From the NCBI GenBank assembly GCA_951406725.2, contig OX597820.1:12152001-12216000 (forward strand): 64,000 nt of DNA, read 5' to 3'. This document shows, one piece after another, positions 1-14,351 of this stretch (the stretch's first letter is position 1; the number at the start of each line of letters is the position of its first letter). The position numbers and the translations under genes were made by a program. The notes under the pieces are model-generated. The model saw only the letters and a list, made by a program, of their open reading frames with translations, was not told where the DNA came from and did not search any database. This DNA is from Octopus vulgaris (Eukaryota).

Positions 1-190
1 GTCGTCGTCGTCGTCGTCGTAGTCGTCGTCGTCGTCGTCATCATCATCATCATCATCGTCGTCGTCATTGTCATCATCATCATCATCATCGTCGTCGTCA
101 TCGTCATCATCATCATCATCATCGTCGTCGTCGTCGTCGTCGTCGTCATCATCATCATCATCATCGTCATCATCATCATCATCATCGTCA
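1..190. repeat. Compound (TCG)n/(TCA)n trinucleotide microsatellite
   Basis: Direct reading; explains the poly-Ser ORF 68..370. Confidence 0.95.
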
Positions 191-656
191 AAATCAGATC
201 GTTATTGTCATCGCCACCACCGTTGTCATCGTTCTCATCATGATAATCATCGACCACATCACAATCTTTTTCTCTGCGGTGTATTCGTGATTGTTTATGC
301 ATTCAGATTATGTTATTTTTACTTTCTATTCCTTGAATTCCTACCTAGTTCTGTGGAATGGGCAATTTAACGAACATGGGAAATCAGTAGCGTGGGTACA
401 ATAGAAAGTAGTGTGAAGGTACAAGCAGGGGCACCAATTGGCACACACTCTCGCTCGAACTCAAACACACACGCACACACAACGCGCATACATACTTACA
501 TATACACACGCATTGAGGAACAGAAATGTTGTGCCCACAAGAGCACACACACACTCCCGTATACATTCAAGGGCCCACAAAAGCACACACGTACACACAC
601 GCATAGATGCAAATATACACACGAGCATATATGTGTCCACGTTAGCAAGAATAACC

Positions 657-868
657 TATTTCTTTATTTCCAACAAGGGGCTAAACACAGAGGGGACTAA
701 CAAGGACAGACATAGGCATTAAGTCGATTACAGCGACTCCAGTGCGTAACTGGTACTTAATTTATCGACCCCGAAAGGATGAAAAGCAAAGTCGACCTCG
801 GCGGAATTTGAACTCACAACGTAACGCAGACGAAATACCGCTAAGCATTTCGCCCTAACCGCTAACGT
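657..868 (-). mobile_element. tRNA-derived SINE, family A (central domain resembling the Deu/Nin domain)
   Basis: Reverse complement carries B-box-like GAGTTCAAATTCC, GTCGACTTTGC..TTTCATCCTTTCGGGGTCGATAAATTAAGTACCAG and tail ..TTTAGCCCCTTGT..AAAGAAATA; many copies in the window. Confidence 0.9.
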
Positions 869-945
869 ATATACGTGTTGGCAGTTATATATCCATTTAG
901 AGTTTATATATATGTATGTGTGTTTGTGCGTGTGTGTGTGTGTGA

Positions 946-988
<43 letters not shown>

Positions 989-2217
989 TGAATGTGTGTG
1001 TGTGTGCATGTTAGTGAAATTTTCCGGTTAGATTTTTTCTCCATTAGATAAAGTTATTACACATCCAGAATTATATGGAGGCAACCAAATCATATTATGT
1101 TACACGCCAGCAGCCTCCACAGAAAACTTTCAATACATACACATATACACACAGGCATGCATGCATACACACACACACACACACGCGAATATTTAGATAT
1201 AAACATTCATGCACATTTGACTGCATTAATGTGTTCTGTGTGTGTATTTGTATGTGTGTGTGCTTGGATGTGTGTGTATGCAGGTTATGTTTATGTTTCC
1301 GTGTTTCCGTGTATTTAATTTTATACAGGATTGTGATAACTTACACGATACTGCCTATGTGTTCGGATTAAAATTTAATCCGGGCAAAATATTATTTATG
1401 AATCTTTCGACATTTAGAGGTTTTAATGTATGCTTACTCGCTTGCTTGAGTGTGTTAAATATGCGCCCGTTATATTTACAGATACATGTAAATATTAATG
1501 TAATATGTATTGCATACGCTGCTACGGAATTTAAAAACCATGTATATACATGCAATGAACTCTCACTACCCCTCTTTCACTCTGTATGCACACACACACA
1601 TGTATATGTGTATGCGTGTGTGTATATATTTACATTCATACACATACAAGAGAAACAGAGTTAGGGAGGGAGTAAAAAATAATGGTAAGTTGTAAATAAA
1701 ATAAATAAGCTTGCTGATGAGAAAATCAATAGAAAATTGAATGAAAGCATTTGAGTATGTAAACGTACATTAAAATACGAAATAGCTTGACTAACGTTTA
1801 CACATATACAGCCATATATAAACATACACACTCACACTCACACACACATGCATTTGCACACACATACATTCACGCGTGGATACACGCACACATCCACTCA
1901 CTGCAAAACGCATACACCATTAACTTTAAAAAAAAACCCAACATCCAAATATATTGGCTTTAATAATGAGTTATACGTCTCATTTATGACTAGGTGGAAG
2001 CATAGTCAAGTGGTATAATATTACTGTTACTTATTCTAACTATCCCACAAAGTTGGGAAGCATCCGTTGTGATTTGTATTCGATAAAATGAGGCGCATTC
2101 ATTCTGTAAGTCTTAATGGTTAATGCGGTAATAACAAGCATGCAATTATTGCATACATGCACAAAAGAACATGCAAAGAATACAAACATGCACACACATA
2201 CACCTATGTTCTGAGTG

Positions 2218-2252
<35 letters not shown>

Positions 2253-2509
2253 CGTACGCGACTGAGAGGATTTGCATCCCCAACGTAGAATTTTTGATGT
2301 AATACATGTCCTTGAAGTAGTGATTGTGCGCGGCTGAAGAAGGCCATAGACACACATTATGCATTGTTATAAATCCGTCTAATAAAGGCCCGAAACATAT
2401 GTACCGCTGAATCCTTGGCATCATGTTTTTATTTTGATTAATTTACTCCACCATCTACACCACCAAACGGTATATACAGGTGCTTACAATTATCAAGTAC
2501 TCACCCTGA

Positions 2510-2559
<50 letters not shown>

Positions 2560-2739
2560 GTGTAAGTGTGTGTATATATATATATGTGTAAGTGTGTGTA
2601 TGTTAAGCACAGCCGTCACTTGCAAGCGAATATGACATTGTAGTATGTATCCTGTTCTTGGTTATTTGACCATGTAGCCACCACAGAACACGACCACCGT
2701 CTCGGCTCTCATGTACTCAACACAGTAAAACACCGGGGA

Positions 2740-2900
2740 TATGATAACTGAGTAGGGAGAAAGCTGAACCAACCATCAGCTGAGGCTCAGTTTCAGATGA
2801 GTAGACTGAAGCGATATGAAATGAAGTGTCTTGCTCAAGGACATCAGGTGCTACCCGTTACTGGAACCTATGACCTTACGATTGTGAACCTAATGCACCT
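2740..2900 (-). mobile_element. Degenerate tRNA/CORE-like SINE fragment
   Basis: TGAAATGAAGTGTCTTGCTCAAGGACA motif, also seen near 9930-9960 and 35535-35570. Confidence 0.65.
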
Positions 2901-3059
2901 TTCTCTCTCACTCTCTTTTCTCTCCCTCTCCTCCCCCTCTCTCTGTATATATATTCGCTCAAATTTGAAATTTGAGTAATGGACAAATTTTCTCATTAAA
3001 TACGAAAAAACTCCACGCCACACATTCAGTAGTACTCTCCTAGTTTCATTCTCATATGT

Positions 3060-3074
3060 ATATATATATGTGTG

Positions 3075-3131
<57 letters not shown>

Positions 3132-3394
3132 CTGCACAAATACATATATAGATAGATACACATATATACATATGTATATCGTATTGTGTTAAGCCAAATG
3201 GAAATACCTTCAAAGACAAGCATAAACACGCAGAACAGAGAGAGAGAGAAAGAGAGAGAGAGAAAGAGAGGGAGAGAGAGCAAAAGAGAGAAAGAGAGAG
3301 AGAGAAGGAGAGAGAGAGAGAGAAAAGAGAGAGAGGTTGAGAGAGAGTGTGTGTACATGTATGTGAGTTTATGCACGATATATATATATATATG

Positions 3395-3460
<66 letters not shown>

Positions 3461-3585
3461 CACACAAACACAGACATATAAACATAGATATATAAATAGA
3501 CAAAGAGAGAGAGAGAGAGAGAAGAAGAAGAAGAGGGTGAGAGAAGGAGAGAGAAAGAGGAAAGGGAGAGGGAAAGAGAGAGATT
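3060..3585. repeat. (TA)n and (GA)n microsatellite cluster
   Basis: Direct reading; explains the ORFs at 2868-3659. Confidence 0.9.
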
Positions 3586-3853
3586 CTCGCAAAAATATCA
3601 AGTAATACAGATAAACTGAGAAAGTAAGCTGATTTGAAACTTATTATCGTATCTATCATTGGCTTAAATTCGAACGAATGTTTGATTTTTTTGAAGAACG
3701 CCTGAATATTTGATGAGGGGAAAGAAGAGTGTATGACTTTCGTGTGAAACTACGTAAACATCAACATGTATGAAAGAAAGATAAATATCTACGATAGAGA
3801 AACAGGGTAACTATCAAGATTTGTCGGGAGCATTATGACATAACGACGCTTTC

Positions 3854-3928
<75 letters not shown>

Positions 3929-3949
3929 TATATACACATACATACGTGT

Positions 3950-4267
3950 GGAGGCGCAATGGCCCAGTGGTTAGGTTAGAGTAGCGGACTCATGGTCGTA
4001 GGATCGTGGTTTCGATTCCCAGACTGGGCGTTGTGAGTGTTTATTGAGCGGAAACACCTAAAAGCTCCACGAGGCTCCGGCAGGGGTTGCTGGCGATCCC
4101 TGCTGTACTCTTTCGCCACAACTTTCTCTGACTCTTTCTTCTGTTGGCCTGCTCGCTTAGCCAGCGGGGTGGCGTCATTAGAAGGCTAAAACAATGCGAA
4201 GCGCATTGTGATCAGCGATGTGTAGCAACATCAGATAGCCTGGTCGGTCACGGTGATCACGGTGATA
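3950..4267 (+). mobile_element. Full-length tRNA-derived SINE, family B, with RTE-like tail
   Basis: A-box TGGCCCAGTGG, B-box GGTTTCGATTCCC, tail CATTGTGATCAGCGATGTGTAGCAACATC, terminal repeat (CACGGTGAT)2; homologous to 15127-15387 and 30356-30665. Confidence 0.92.
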
Positions 4268-4453
4268 TACATTCGTACACGCATACACACATTAGTAAAT
4301 ATGTGTGTGTGTGGTGGGTTGTATTAAAACAGATTTTAATGATGTTGACGTATTTACATAGCAAAAACGGAATTGGCTTAAGTCTTAGTTTGCAGATAGT
4401 TTCAACAGAATAGCGCAGACTGTATTTCCTTCACACGCACACAGGCACACAAA

Positions 4454-4496
<43 letters not shown>

Positions 4497-4502
4497 GTAT
4501 AT

Positions 4503-4620
4503 ATTTCTTTATTGTCCACAAGGGGCTAAACATAGAGGGGACAAACAAGGACAGACAAAGGGATTAAGTCGATTACATTGACCCCAGTGCGAAACTGGTA
4601 CTTTATTTATCGACCCTGAA
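4503..4620 (-). mobile_element. 5'-truncated family A SINE with probable TSD
   Basis: Tail and body match 657-868; flanked by CACAYACAAGTATAT on both sides. Confidence 0.85.
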
Positions 4621-6033
4621 AAATCACACATACAAGTATATGCATACATGCACACATACATGCACACAAACATACATACACAGATGCATACACAGACAGA
4701 TACGTACGTACATTCAAACATACATACATGCAAACATACATACATATATACGTATACATATGTATACATGTATGTATATATATTTTGATTTCTTAGTCAT
4801 AGTCTTCGGATTTTTAAAGAATTGGAAACCGCCTTGTATTTTTCATGATTTTCTAAGTGGTTAGGGACAACAGTGATTAAAATGAAACATTCCCAAACGA
4901 AAATCTAAATTGTAATTTGAGATCACTACTAGGATATTTACGGTGATCATCAGAGTAGTTGAAATGAATATAGATCTTATTAAAAATTTAAAAAATAGAA
5001 AACTACACAGATCCCTTATTTTAGACAAAAATTAAAATCTGACATGCATGCCTTTCACAACAGTCTAAATTGCGTAAATTCAACAAAACAAGATTTGAAA
5101 GAGTATCGCGGTCCAAGCTTGTCGTGTTCTGCTCTAAATATGTCTTTGTTTAGACATTGTTCAAGGTTGTCAAAGTTTAAAGGTAAATGGGTATTGGTAA
5201 TTCAGTATATTGTATAGCATTGCTTGTACTTTTATCGAAACGGACTCACGAAAGGCCAAGTCCCGATAAAATTTGTACTCAGAGTTTAGATGAGAAAAAA
5301 CAGAAGGGCGGACCTAAAACATTGAGACATTTGTTCGACACTCTATCGTTGTTGTAGTCATCCTGATGACTTAGATGCAACTATATTGATTTATTTTGCC
5401 TTGGCACAAGGCCAATTTTTATTGAAGTAGTGATCCAAGTATATTTATAGTACATTTTATCGACTACAAATGGGAAAAAAGCGAAATAACATCATGCTTC
5501 GAACTCAGAACACAGAGGGTTGAAAAACTAGCAAGGGAATTCGCAATAAATTATTGTCAAAAAGGGAGTTTATGCATAGTAGAACAAAAGCCAATAAAAA
5601 CACTCAATAAATATCGTGATAAAACAACAACGGATTTTCCAACGAACACAAACCTCGACTCGATTTCAATACCTAGCTAATGCAGTTCAGATTTATTTAC
5701 GTTACTAATATCTTTGAGAAACAAAAAAGAAAACGAAAAAATAAATTTCTATTCTTTTCTTTTTTTTTTTTCAACTAAAAAAACCCCAAAATACTGTAAT
5801 GCATATTTTTCATTCGCTTACTCTCTGAGTTCAAATCTGTCAATTTGTAAAATACAAGAATCAGCTTAATAGATTTATACACCTACCATTTAAAAGTTAT
5901 CCCCGTCACTTGGGAATATATTGCCATAGATAGACGTGTGTGGATCAAACGTTATGGTAAATGTGTCCGCTGATTTGCAGAAACATACAAACGCACATAG
6001 ACCTATATGACACACCAATTACACGCGGTTATG

Positions 6034-6350
<317 letters not shown>

Positions 6351-7194
6351 AAACATGGAAATTATATTTGTATCTACCTAACTGTATTATATATGTGTCC
6401 AAAGTGCGCGAATGCATTTAAGTGCTTACATGCACAAAGAAGCACTTCATGATAAGGAACTGACGCAGCTATAAGTTATCTTAATAGCACTCAAGTCTGG
6501 ATGCACAGTTTCTTACAGCCGAAGTTGCTGTAAGCTAATAAAGATGATTACGTAACTTCCCTTCATTTATCAAATAATATATAGCTATTTATATTTATAA
6601 ATATCCCACCTGGATTCGTATATACAAGGTGACCATAGAATTTATATATATTTCACAGTAGTTAGTGGACTTTCTCTAAAAAAACAAATCCTGTTAAACA
6701 CGCCAAAAATATTTTGCTCTCCGTGAGCGCGCTGAAGTCGTATACAGCAATGAAACGTGGGATGTGTTTGTAAACATAGGCTTACATGTAGAAAGATGCG
6801 TTCATAAACACACTGAAAAAGTGCCTATTGTATATTTATATTCTTAGTTGTGTAGGTGCGATTGTGTTTAAATAAGAAAAGAGGAGTCAACGCAATGGAA
6901 TAAAGAAGTATTTGTAAAAATATTTAGAACAAATTTAAGGAGTTACATTTTTCCCAATGTGCTTGAAGCGCATATTTATATTGCCACCGTATCACACACA
7001 AGTAAAGATAGCCCACCGATTACTTACGTTGCAATAAAATTGAAAGCGGACAAAAGATATGTCTTAAAGAAACCATGAGAGGAAAGGATAAAAAACAGTA
7101 ACAGAGTTTTATATAACATAGGACAAAATAATCAATAAATTAACATAATAGGTATTTAGATGCATAGAAAAATAATGGCTGCTTGCATAAAATG

Positions 7195-7255
<61 letters not shown>

Positions 7256-7410
7256 ACGCCTGTCGTGTGTGTGTGTATTTACACACACACACACACACAA
7301 ATATATGGGTATATGATTAATAGCCTTGTCACGTGGTTTCGGGTTCAGTTGGAATGTGTGACACCTTGGGCAAGTGTCTACCCAGTGAGTGAATTTCGAG
7401 GGTAGTCGCA

Positions 7411-7454
<44 letters not shown>

Positions 7455-7456
<2 letters not shown>

Positions 7457-7524
7457 GGAGTAAGCACATAAATGTGAAACTCCGAGTAACAGCTTTTGTT
7501 ATATTTCTGCTGCTTTCAAATATA

Positions 7525-7525
<1 letters not shown>
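7455..7525. mobile_element. Rearranged fragment of the (TA)n-embedded element family seen at 11288-11510
   Basis: TACCGGAGTAAGCACATAAATGTGAAAC is the reverse complement of the end of the 11288-11510 element, joined to GAAACTCCGAGTAACAG..TTTCTGCTGCTTT in forward orientation; (TA)n on both sides. Confidence 0.75.
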
Positions 7526-7590
<65 letters not shown>

Positions 7591-7753
7591 GTGTGTGTAT
7601 GCGACGGGCCTCGAGAATGAATCGTAACTCTCCTGACATTCGAAACTCCGAGTACTATAATGAGAGCTTACTGATTGTCCTAAATTATACATATATAAAT
7701 AATCCTCTATTTACCTAATATCGAGGTCTCATTCTTTTGTTGTCACTTTGTTG

Positions 7754-7820
<67 letters not shown>

Positions 7821-8196
7821 ATATATGTATATGACTAGCTGTTTAACTACATGTATGTATTTGCTTAAATATAGATAAACATATATATTTATATAGATAT
7901 ACACATATACACACACGCGCACACACACATATCACTTACTATGTTTGTGTCCGTGTATATATATATATATATATATGCTGAATTGAAGAACGATAGCTAA
8001 ATAGATAGATAGACAGTCAATCGAATATGATTGCATATATATTCGCTTGGAGCTACTTATCCAATCGGTTGGTACTCGGAATTTATCACGTGCACTTCTT
8101 AAGCAACCAAAAAAATCCTTAAGTTGACTGAAAATCTCACGTGCGAGAAATTTCGAGTAATGTCGAAGTGCATCAACTCCTCAAAACTCATACGCA

Positions 8197-8307
<111 letters not shown>

Positions 8308-8392
8308 GTCTATGTCTATATCTATCAATTTAGTTATTCTAAAATTTGCATAGATTTTAGTCATCATTGCATTTATGAATTAAATATATTTA

Positions 8393-8523
8393 GACTTTGC
8401 CTTTCATTCTTTCGGGGTTGATAAATTAAGTACCAGTTACGCGCTGGGGTCGATGTAATCGACTTAATCTGTTTATCCTTTTTTGTCCCATCTGTGTTTA
8501 TCTCCTTGTGGGTAGTAAAGAAA
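8393..8523 (+). mobile_element. 5'-truncated family A SINE
   Basis: GACTTTGCCTTTCATTCTTTCGGGGTTGATAAATTAAGTACCAG...GGGTAGTAAAGAAA; flanks ATATATT(T)AGAC resemble a TSD. Confidence 0.85.
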
Positions 8524-8869
8524 CATATATTAGACACATAAAACATCATATAAAATCACATAGAGCATAGTAAAAGAGGGATCGACTGGATGTTCATTTG
8601 AAGCGCCTTCATACACTCAACGGCTTTAATATCCATTGTGAAATTGTATATAATTAAATAAGGTAGACTGAATTGAATATTTGACACATTTCAGGTGTTT
8701 GTTTCATGTAAATTACTAATGTACCACCAGCAGTGCTTATTTTTCATACAAAATTTACTTCGCGGTTTCTCATGGAATAGTCGTAAGCGTCTGTCAAGGT
8801 GAAATTGTATAAACATGACAGTCATTTACGACTGCCTCTTGTGTGTGTGTATATGTGTGTGTGTGTGTA

Positions 8870-8917
8870 TATGACCGAAGCCTTGTCAGTGGATTTGGTA
8901 AAATGAAAGAAGTCCGT

Positions 8918-8951
<34 letters not shown>

Positions 8952-9196
8952 AGTGTGTGTGTGTGTGTGTGTGTCTGTGTGTGTGTGTGTGTGTGTTTGT
9001 GTCTGTGTTTGTCCCCCGATCATCACTTGACAACCGATGTTCATGGTTACATCCCCCGTAACTTAACGGTTTAGCAAAAGAGACCGATAGAATAAATACT
9101 AGGCTTAGAAAGATTAAGTCATGAGGTCAATTTCTGCGACTAAAAACCCTTTAAAGTGGTGCTCTGACAAGGCCATAGTCAAATGTCTGAAACGAG
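8870..9196 (+). mobile_element. SINE family C (internal TA/TG microsatellite), 3' part
   Basis: GCCTTGTCAGTGGATTTGGTA..(TA)(TG)n..GTTTGTCCCCC..CCCCGTAACTTAACGGTTTAGCAAAAGAGACCGATAG..GGTGCTC..GGCCATAGTCAAATG; relatives at 24490-24672, 32770-32960, 50200-50520. Confidence 0.8.
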
Positions 9197-9306
9197 TTAT
9201 ATATATATATGCATGTCTGTAAGTGCATTTATGCATATATGTATGTACATATATGCATTTAGATTTACTCATATTTATGTACACATGTACATATATATAT
9301 ATATAC

Positions 9307-9341
<35 letters not shown>

Positions 9342-9522
9342 CATAGGTTTCAACCGAAGGATCGTAAGCTCTCATATTAAGAAGGAACATAATGTTGTAG
9401 AGTAACTGTACTTATTGCTTTCTTGGGCAGACATTATAACTCTGAAATGAAAATAAACGCCAAATATTTACGTAAATTCATACATATATACAGACACACA
9501 CTCACACACACACATATTTATA

Positions 9523-9597
<75 letters not shown>

Positions 9598-9734
9598 CTT
9601 TCCATTCTCAGCTTCTCGCAGGGTTGACTGTGTGCTATATATAGCAGGGGTTGTGTGCTAAGAAGCTTATATATATATATATATATATATATATACAAAA
9701 ATCGTAGAGACAAACCGGTCGAAAATGTGAAAGA

Positions 9735-10030
9735 ATGTGATCATGTGATCACATGATCGACCACACTATTCGAGGTTGTTACACATCGCTGGTCACAATG
9801 TGTTTTACATCGATTTAGATTTTGAATTATGCCATTTCGCTGGCTAAGTGTGCAGGCTAAGATCACATCCTCGCCTGGAAGGCTAGTCCCCTCCGGGGGT
9901 AGCCATTTACAGCGGAGTGGACCGGAACAATGGGAAATGAAGTGTTTTACTCAAGAATATAAGTCACCGTTCGGTCCGGAAATCGAACACACGGTTACTA
10001 GATCGTGAGTTCAGTTCAACCTACGCACCT
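9735..10030 (-). mobile_element. tRNA/CORE-like SINE carrying the family-B RTE-like tail
   Basis: ACACATCGCTGGTCACAATG is the reverse complement of the family-B tail; body has GAAATGAAGTGTTTTACTCAAG and B-box reverse complement GGAAATCGAAC. Confidence 0.75.
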
Positions 10031-10397
10031 TCTCATGAATGAATGTAACCTATTTAAAAGGAGAAAAATATGCATTGCTATATACATTATGTTTCTATGT
10101 GCACGCGCAGTACATACAAGCATGGAAGCGTTTCCGCCTAATATGTCTGTCTTCGTGCTTACCTGCACACGTTGATTACTTTCCTATTAGAATAACATCG
10201 AACTTATGAGGATGCATACATTTTGTAGAAATTGATAGAATTCAATATAACGCAATTCTCTTCGATGATATTTTTCTCGTTAGCTTTGATATCATATTCT
10301 TTGTTCCTCTTCAATGCATGTGTACTTTCTGTTTTCAAAGAATTTTCGGTGAAGTTTTTTTATTCCTGCTTTTAAACAAAATTTGAAGCCACCCTCA

Positions 10398-10740
<343 letters not shown>

Positions 10741-11226
10741 ATATTGCTCTCTACATATGTGTGCGTTAAATATGCAAATAATCAGTAATTTTTAATTAAG
10801 TAGCCCGAGTTATAAAAGCAGGCAGACACATCAGTTTAGTTTTAGCCTACTAAATCTTTGGACAGAAGATGACCATTGTTTCTATAGTGACGGTGTAGGA
10901 AGATTAGATCCTGCTGCTATTAATTCTATTAATTCATATTTTATTAGGCTTGTAACAGAGTTCCTAAATTCTACACCGTAAATTTCCACGAATGCAATGA
11001 AATATCCTTACTCCTTTACATATTAGCATACTGCCAGCGTTTTCAAAAACTATATAGGCCAATGAAGGCTTGGCAAATACATTAGTTCAAAGTATTTTAC
11101 ACTTCCGCCTTCAGTATGACCTTAACAATTTCACTTTGCTATCTAGTCTTCCAAATTGTAGGTAACACTACCTAACTCCCCAAAAATATTTGTATTCCAA
11201 ACCTATACACATACACACACATATGT

Positions 11227-11267
<41 letters not shown>

Positions 11268-11287
11268 TCTGTATATATATATATATA

Positions 11288-11506
11288 CTTTATTTAAAGC
11301 AGCAGAAAATTCAACAAAACCTGTTACTTGAGTTGCCGTTCATCGGACAGTTTTTGCTAGCGAAAAATGTCCGATGAACGGCAACGGGAAACTCAGAGTA
11401 ACAGGCTTTGTTGAATTTTCTGCTGCTTTAAATAAAGCATATTACTCTACCACTGGCATTTGAGTACTCTTTTTTCCACCTTGTTTCACATTTATGTGTT
11501 TACTCC

Positions 11507-11510
<4 letters not shown>
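11288..11510 (+). mobile_element. (TA)n-embedded non-autonomous element with inverted duplication and hammerhead-like core (Penelope-type)
   Basis: Inverted arms span 11288-11437; core TGT-CCGATGA-A-CG(GCAA)CG-G-GAAACTCAGAGTA-ACA at 11368-11403; TA runs on both sides. Confidence 0.7.
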
Positions 11511-11544
<34 letters not shown>

Positions 11545-12668
11545 TATGTATAAATAATGTTCCCGTATAAGCTTATCAATTTCCCGAGACAGTAAAAGCT
11601 ACATTGCAGATTGAATGCAATTCGAGATGAACAACCAGAAGGAATTGGTTAGGGTTACTTTCTGCATGAAATACCACGAGATAAGTTGCACACTACATTA
11701 ACTTCAACTTAAATCAGCACGCTATATACAGTTGGATAGCGTCAAATCTTTAGAAATAAGAAGAGCTCATTGTGTCCCTGCCACAGGATCCTAATCAGCT
11801 GATATCACTTTCTATATTCCGTTCTACTTTTTGCTCTGCATGTACACCTACAAACTTGTAACCATTCTTCTGAAAATATAACTGACCGTTCCAGCATGGC
11901 CGCTGTATAATGACTGGAGCAAGTAAAAGAGAAGAAAATGAAAGACAACTCCCATTGACAAAATGAAAGACAACTTGTAAAAGCACAAAAAATACCAATT
12001 TCGAAAGAATGAGGGAAAAGATGATATACTACTCATTATTTCCTTAGTGTACCAATAAATAACAATGAAATTGCTTTAAGATGACCAATCAACCAAATAA
12101 CTTTAATTGAATAATTCCTTCTTGTAGCATTATAATGAATCTATGGAAAAGTCATCTAATTTGCATTCAGTAAACAGATTGTAAAAAGTTTGCAAAAATG
12201 AATAAAATGAAGATGAGAAGGGAAGAATACCTTTTAAAGTCGAAACGAACCACTGATAAAGATTTTGTTATGTCATTATATTAGTATTACTTATGATAAG
12301 CTCTACCAGGTGTGTATAGAATGCATAAGTGCTAATCTTTTCTGTTAAAGAAATAAAAAAAAACATCAGAACTTCCAAAAACTTGGTCAGAAAAATCAAA
12401 TAAATCTCGCAATGAATAAATTAGGAAAAGCAACTATGCAAATTATTTTAGGTATTATAATAATATATTTACGGTATATAAAACATAAAACCACGCCTCT
12501 TTCATAACAGCAGATTGTATTGTAATCACTAAAAAACCAAGACTAACCTGTATCTTTTAATTTACAATGACAATATACTTAAGTATATAATGACCAAAAT
12601 CAAGGTCAGAATCTGTAGGATCGGTAAAGTAAACAAGTAAACTCCCTTTTTGTTCATAATTTGTTCTC

Positions 12669-12779
<111 letters not shown>

Positions 12780-14040
12780 GTAAATAGATACCACAAATTT
12801 GGAGTTTCGATTTTACTTTCAATATTTCGATTTCTTCAAGAATAAGTTAAAACCTTATCTTATATTACTCCACTAGCATATCATGTATTATATAACTCTT
12901 TTGCATACTTTTAAATTTTATATATGTATGTATGGATATATAAGTGTATAATGTGTGTATGTATGTTTGTACGTTGCAGTGATACTGGCAGTTCTAATGC
13001 ATTTTAAAATTCGTGGAATAGTGCACTATTTCAACCTGAACCACACCAGTCTCTATTAATTTCAGCTATTATTATTTCCTGGAAATGCCTGGAACAAGTG
13101 TCACTCGACGCCTTAAATCTTTTTTTCTTTTATTTCGCACAACCGCATTTACGTTAGTTAATGATGTTGAAGGCTGAGGAATATTATTTTTAATATCAAT
13201 TCATCTAACCATTGCACTTATGACAACTTGATTCATGGATCCATTACTGCTTGAAGGATATCTTCCATTCTCACTTATCAGAAATTTAGAGTAAAATAAC
13301 CTGACAGCTGATGTTCAAGCGTATTGACTCATGTTCGAAGACTGTTTGAAGAATGTAACTTTGCTCTAGAGCAATGACGATTTAAAGCAAGTGCGGATTT
13401 AATTGGCTTTAATTAATTTTGGGATCACTAACAGGGCCTAAGGGAATCAATAAACTAAAATTACTGCCGGTGTTCCTAGAATATGAAATCTATTGTCGTG
13501 TAAGTTCTGCAATATCCTGACCAGGTCAGCTAGCACTCTCTTATTAGCTATTGCGCATTTATCCCAAATTCATTTTTAGTGTATTTTAAGAACATATGTT
13601 CTGAAATTTGCAACAACATTGCAAGCAAGAGAAAACAAAGATGTTGTGTTGTTTCAAAGTAAGAGTAGAGCAGTAATACATAAAAATAGGTATTTATAGT
13701 AGCTATGCCTCTATGTTGATGGACTTGGCAAGCAAACGATTAATCTAGAATACTTTCGTAGTTCCACCATATATATTAAGGAAAAGAAAATTCCTTCTGG
13801 TTGCCTAACCGCGTCTGAAATAGTAGAATACATAGTCCTCATGCTTGGAGTGAGATTGGCTTCATTGTGCTTGGGTTTATTGGCAATATTATTTGGAACA
13901 AACTTCTAAATTTCAAATGCTATATTATTAAATTTTGTGTACCTAAGTTGATGGACACCGTAGTTTTGTAGTTCTTTATATATATCCTTAAGCTTGTCTG
14001 CGAGGATGTCTCATCTGTGTTTTGTATTATCATGTTAAGA

Positions 14041-14351
14041 CTAGCTATTTTGACGGGTGCTTCGCTCGGGGTTTGGTGGTGGTGTTGTTTTGTGCGAGTT
14101 GTCTCCTTTTCCCTTTCTTCTTTTGTTCGTCTTCTTTGCCTTTCCCATATTCCTCACCATAGCAACCAAACGGTAGCCCTGAGCGCCTTGCAACCCTCCT
14201 CACACCATTGCCCACCACATTTTACCCCCAGTGTAAATTTTGGCGCCAATCCGACCCCATCTACCGCCCCATAAACCGTTCTCATCCCAAAATGAGACAA
14301 ATAACTAAGAAATCAAACAACTTATTCGCATTTCAGCTTTATAGATATTGA
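14041..14351 (-). mobile_element. Non-autonomous Helitron
   Basis: Minus strand reads A|TCAATATCTATAAAGCTGAAA...CCCGAGCGAAGCACCCGTCAAAATAGCTAG|T: 5' TC, 3' CTAG, A|T target, no TSD; termini resemble 61745-62137. Confidence 0.7.

Noticed and set aside
68-370. Poly-Ser ORF
   Set aside because: Read-through of a (TCG)/(TCA) microsatellite; non-ATG start and no domain.
3950-4030. tRNA gene (also 30356 and 35570-35648)
   Set aside because: A and B boxes belong to SINE heads continuing into SINE bodies; no complete cloverleaf.
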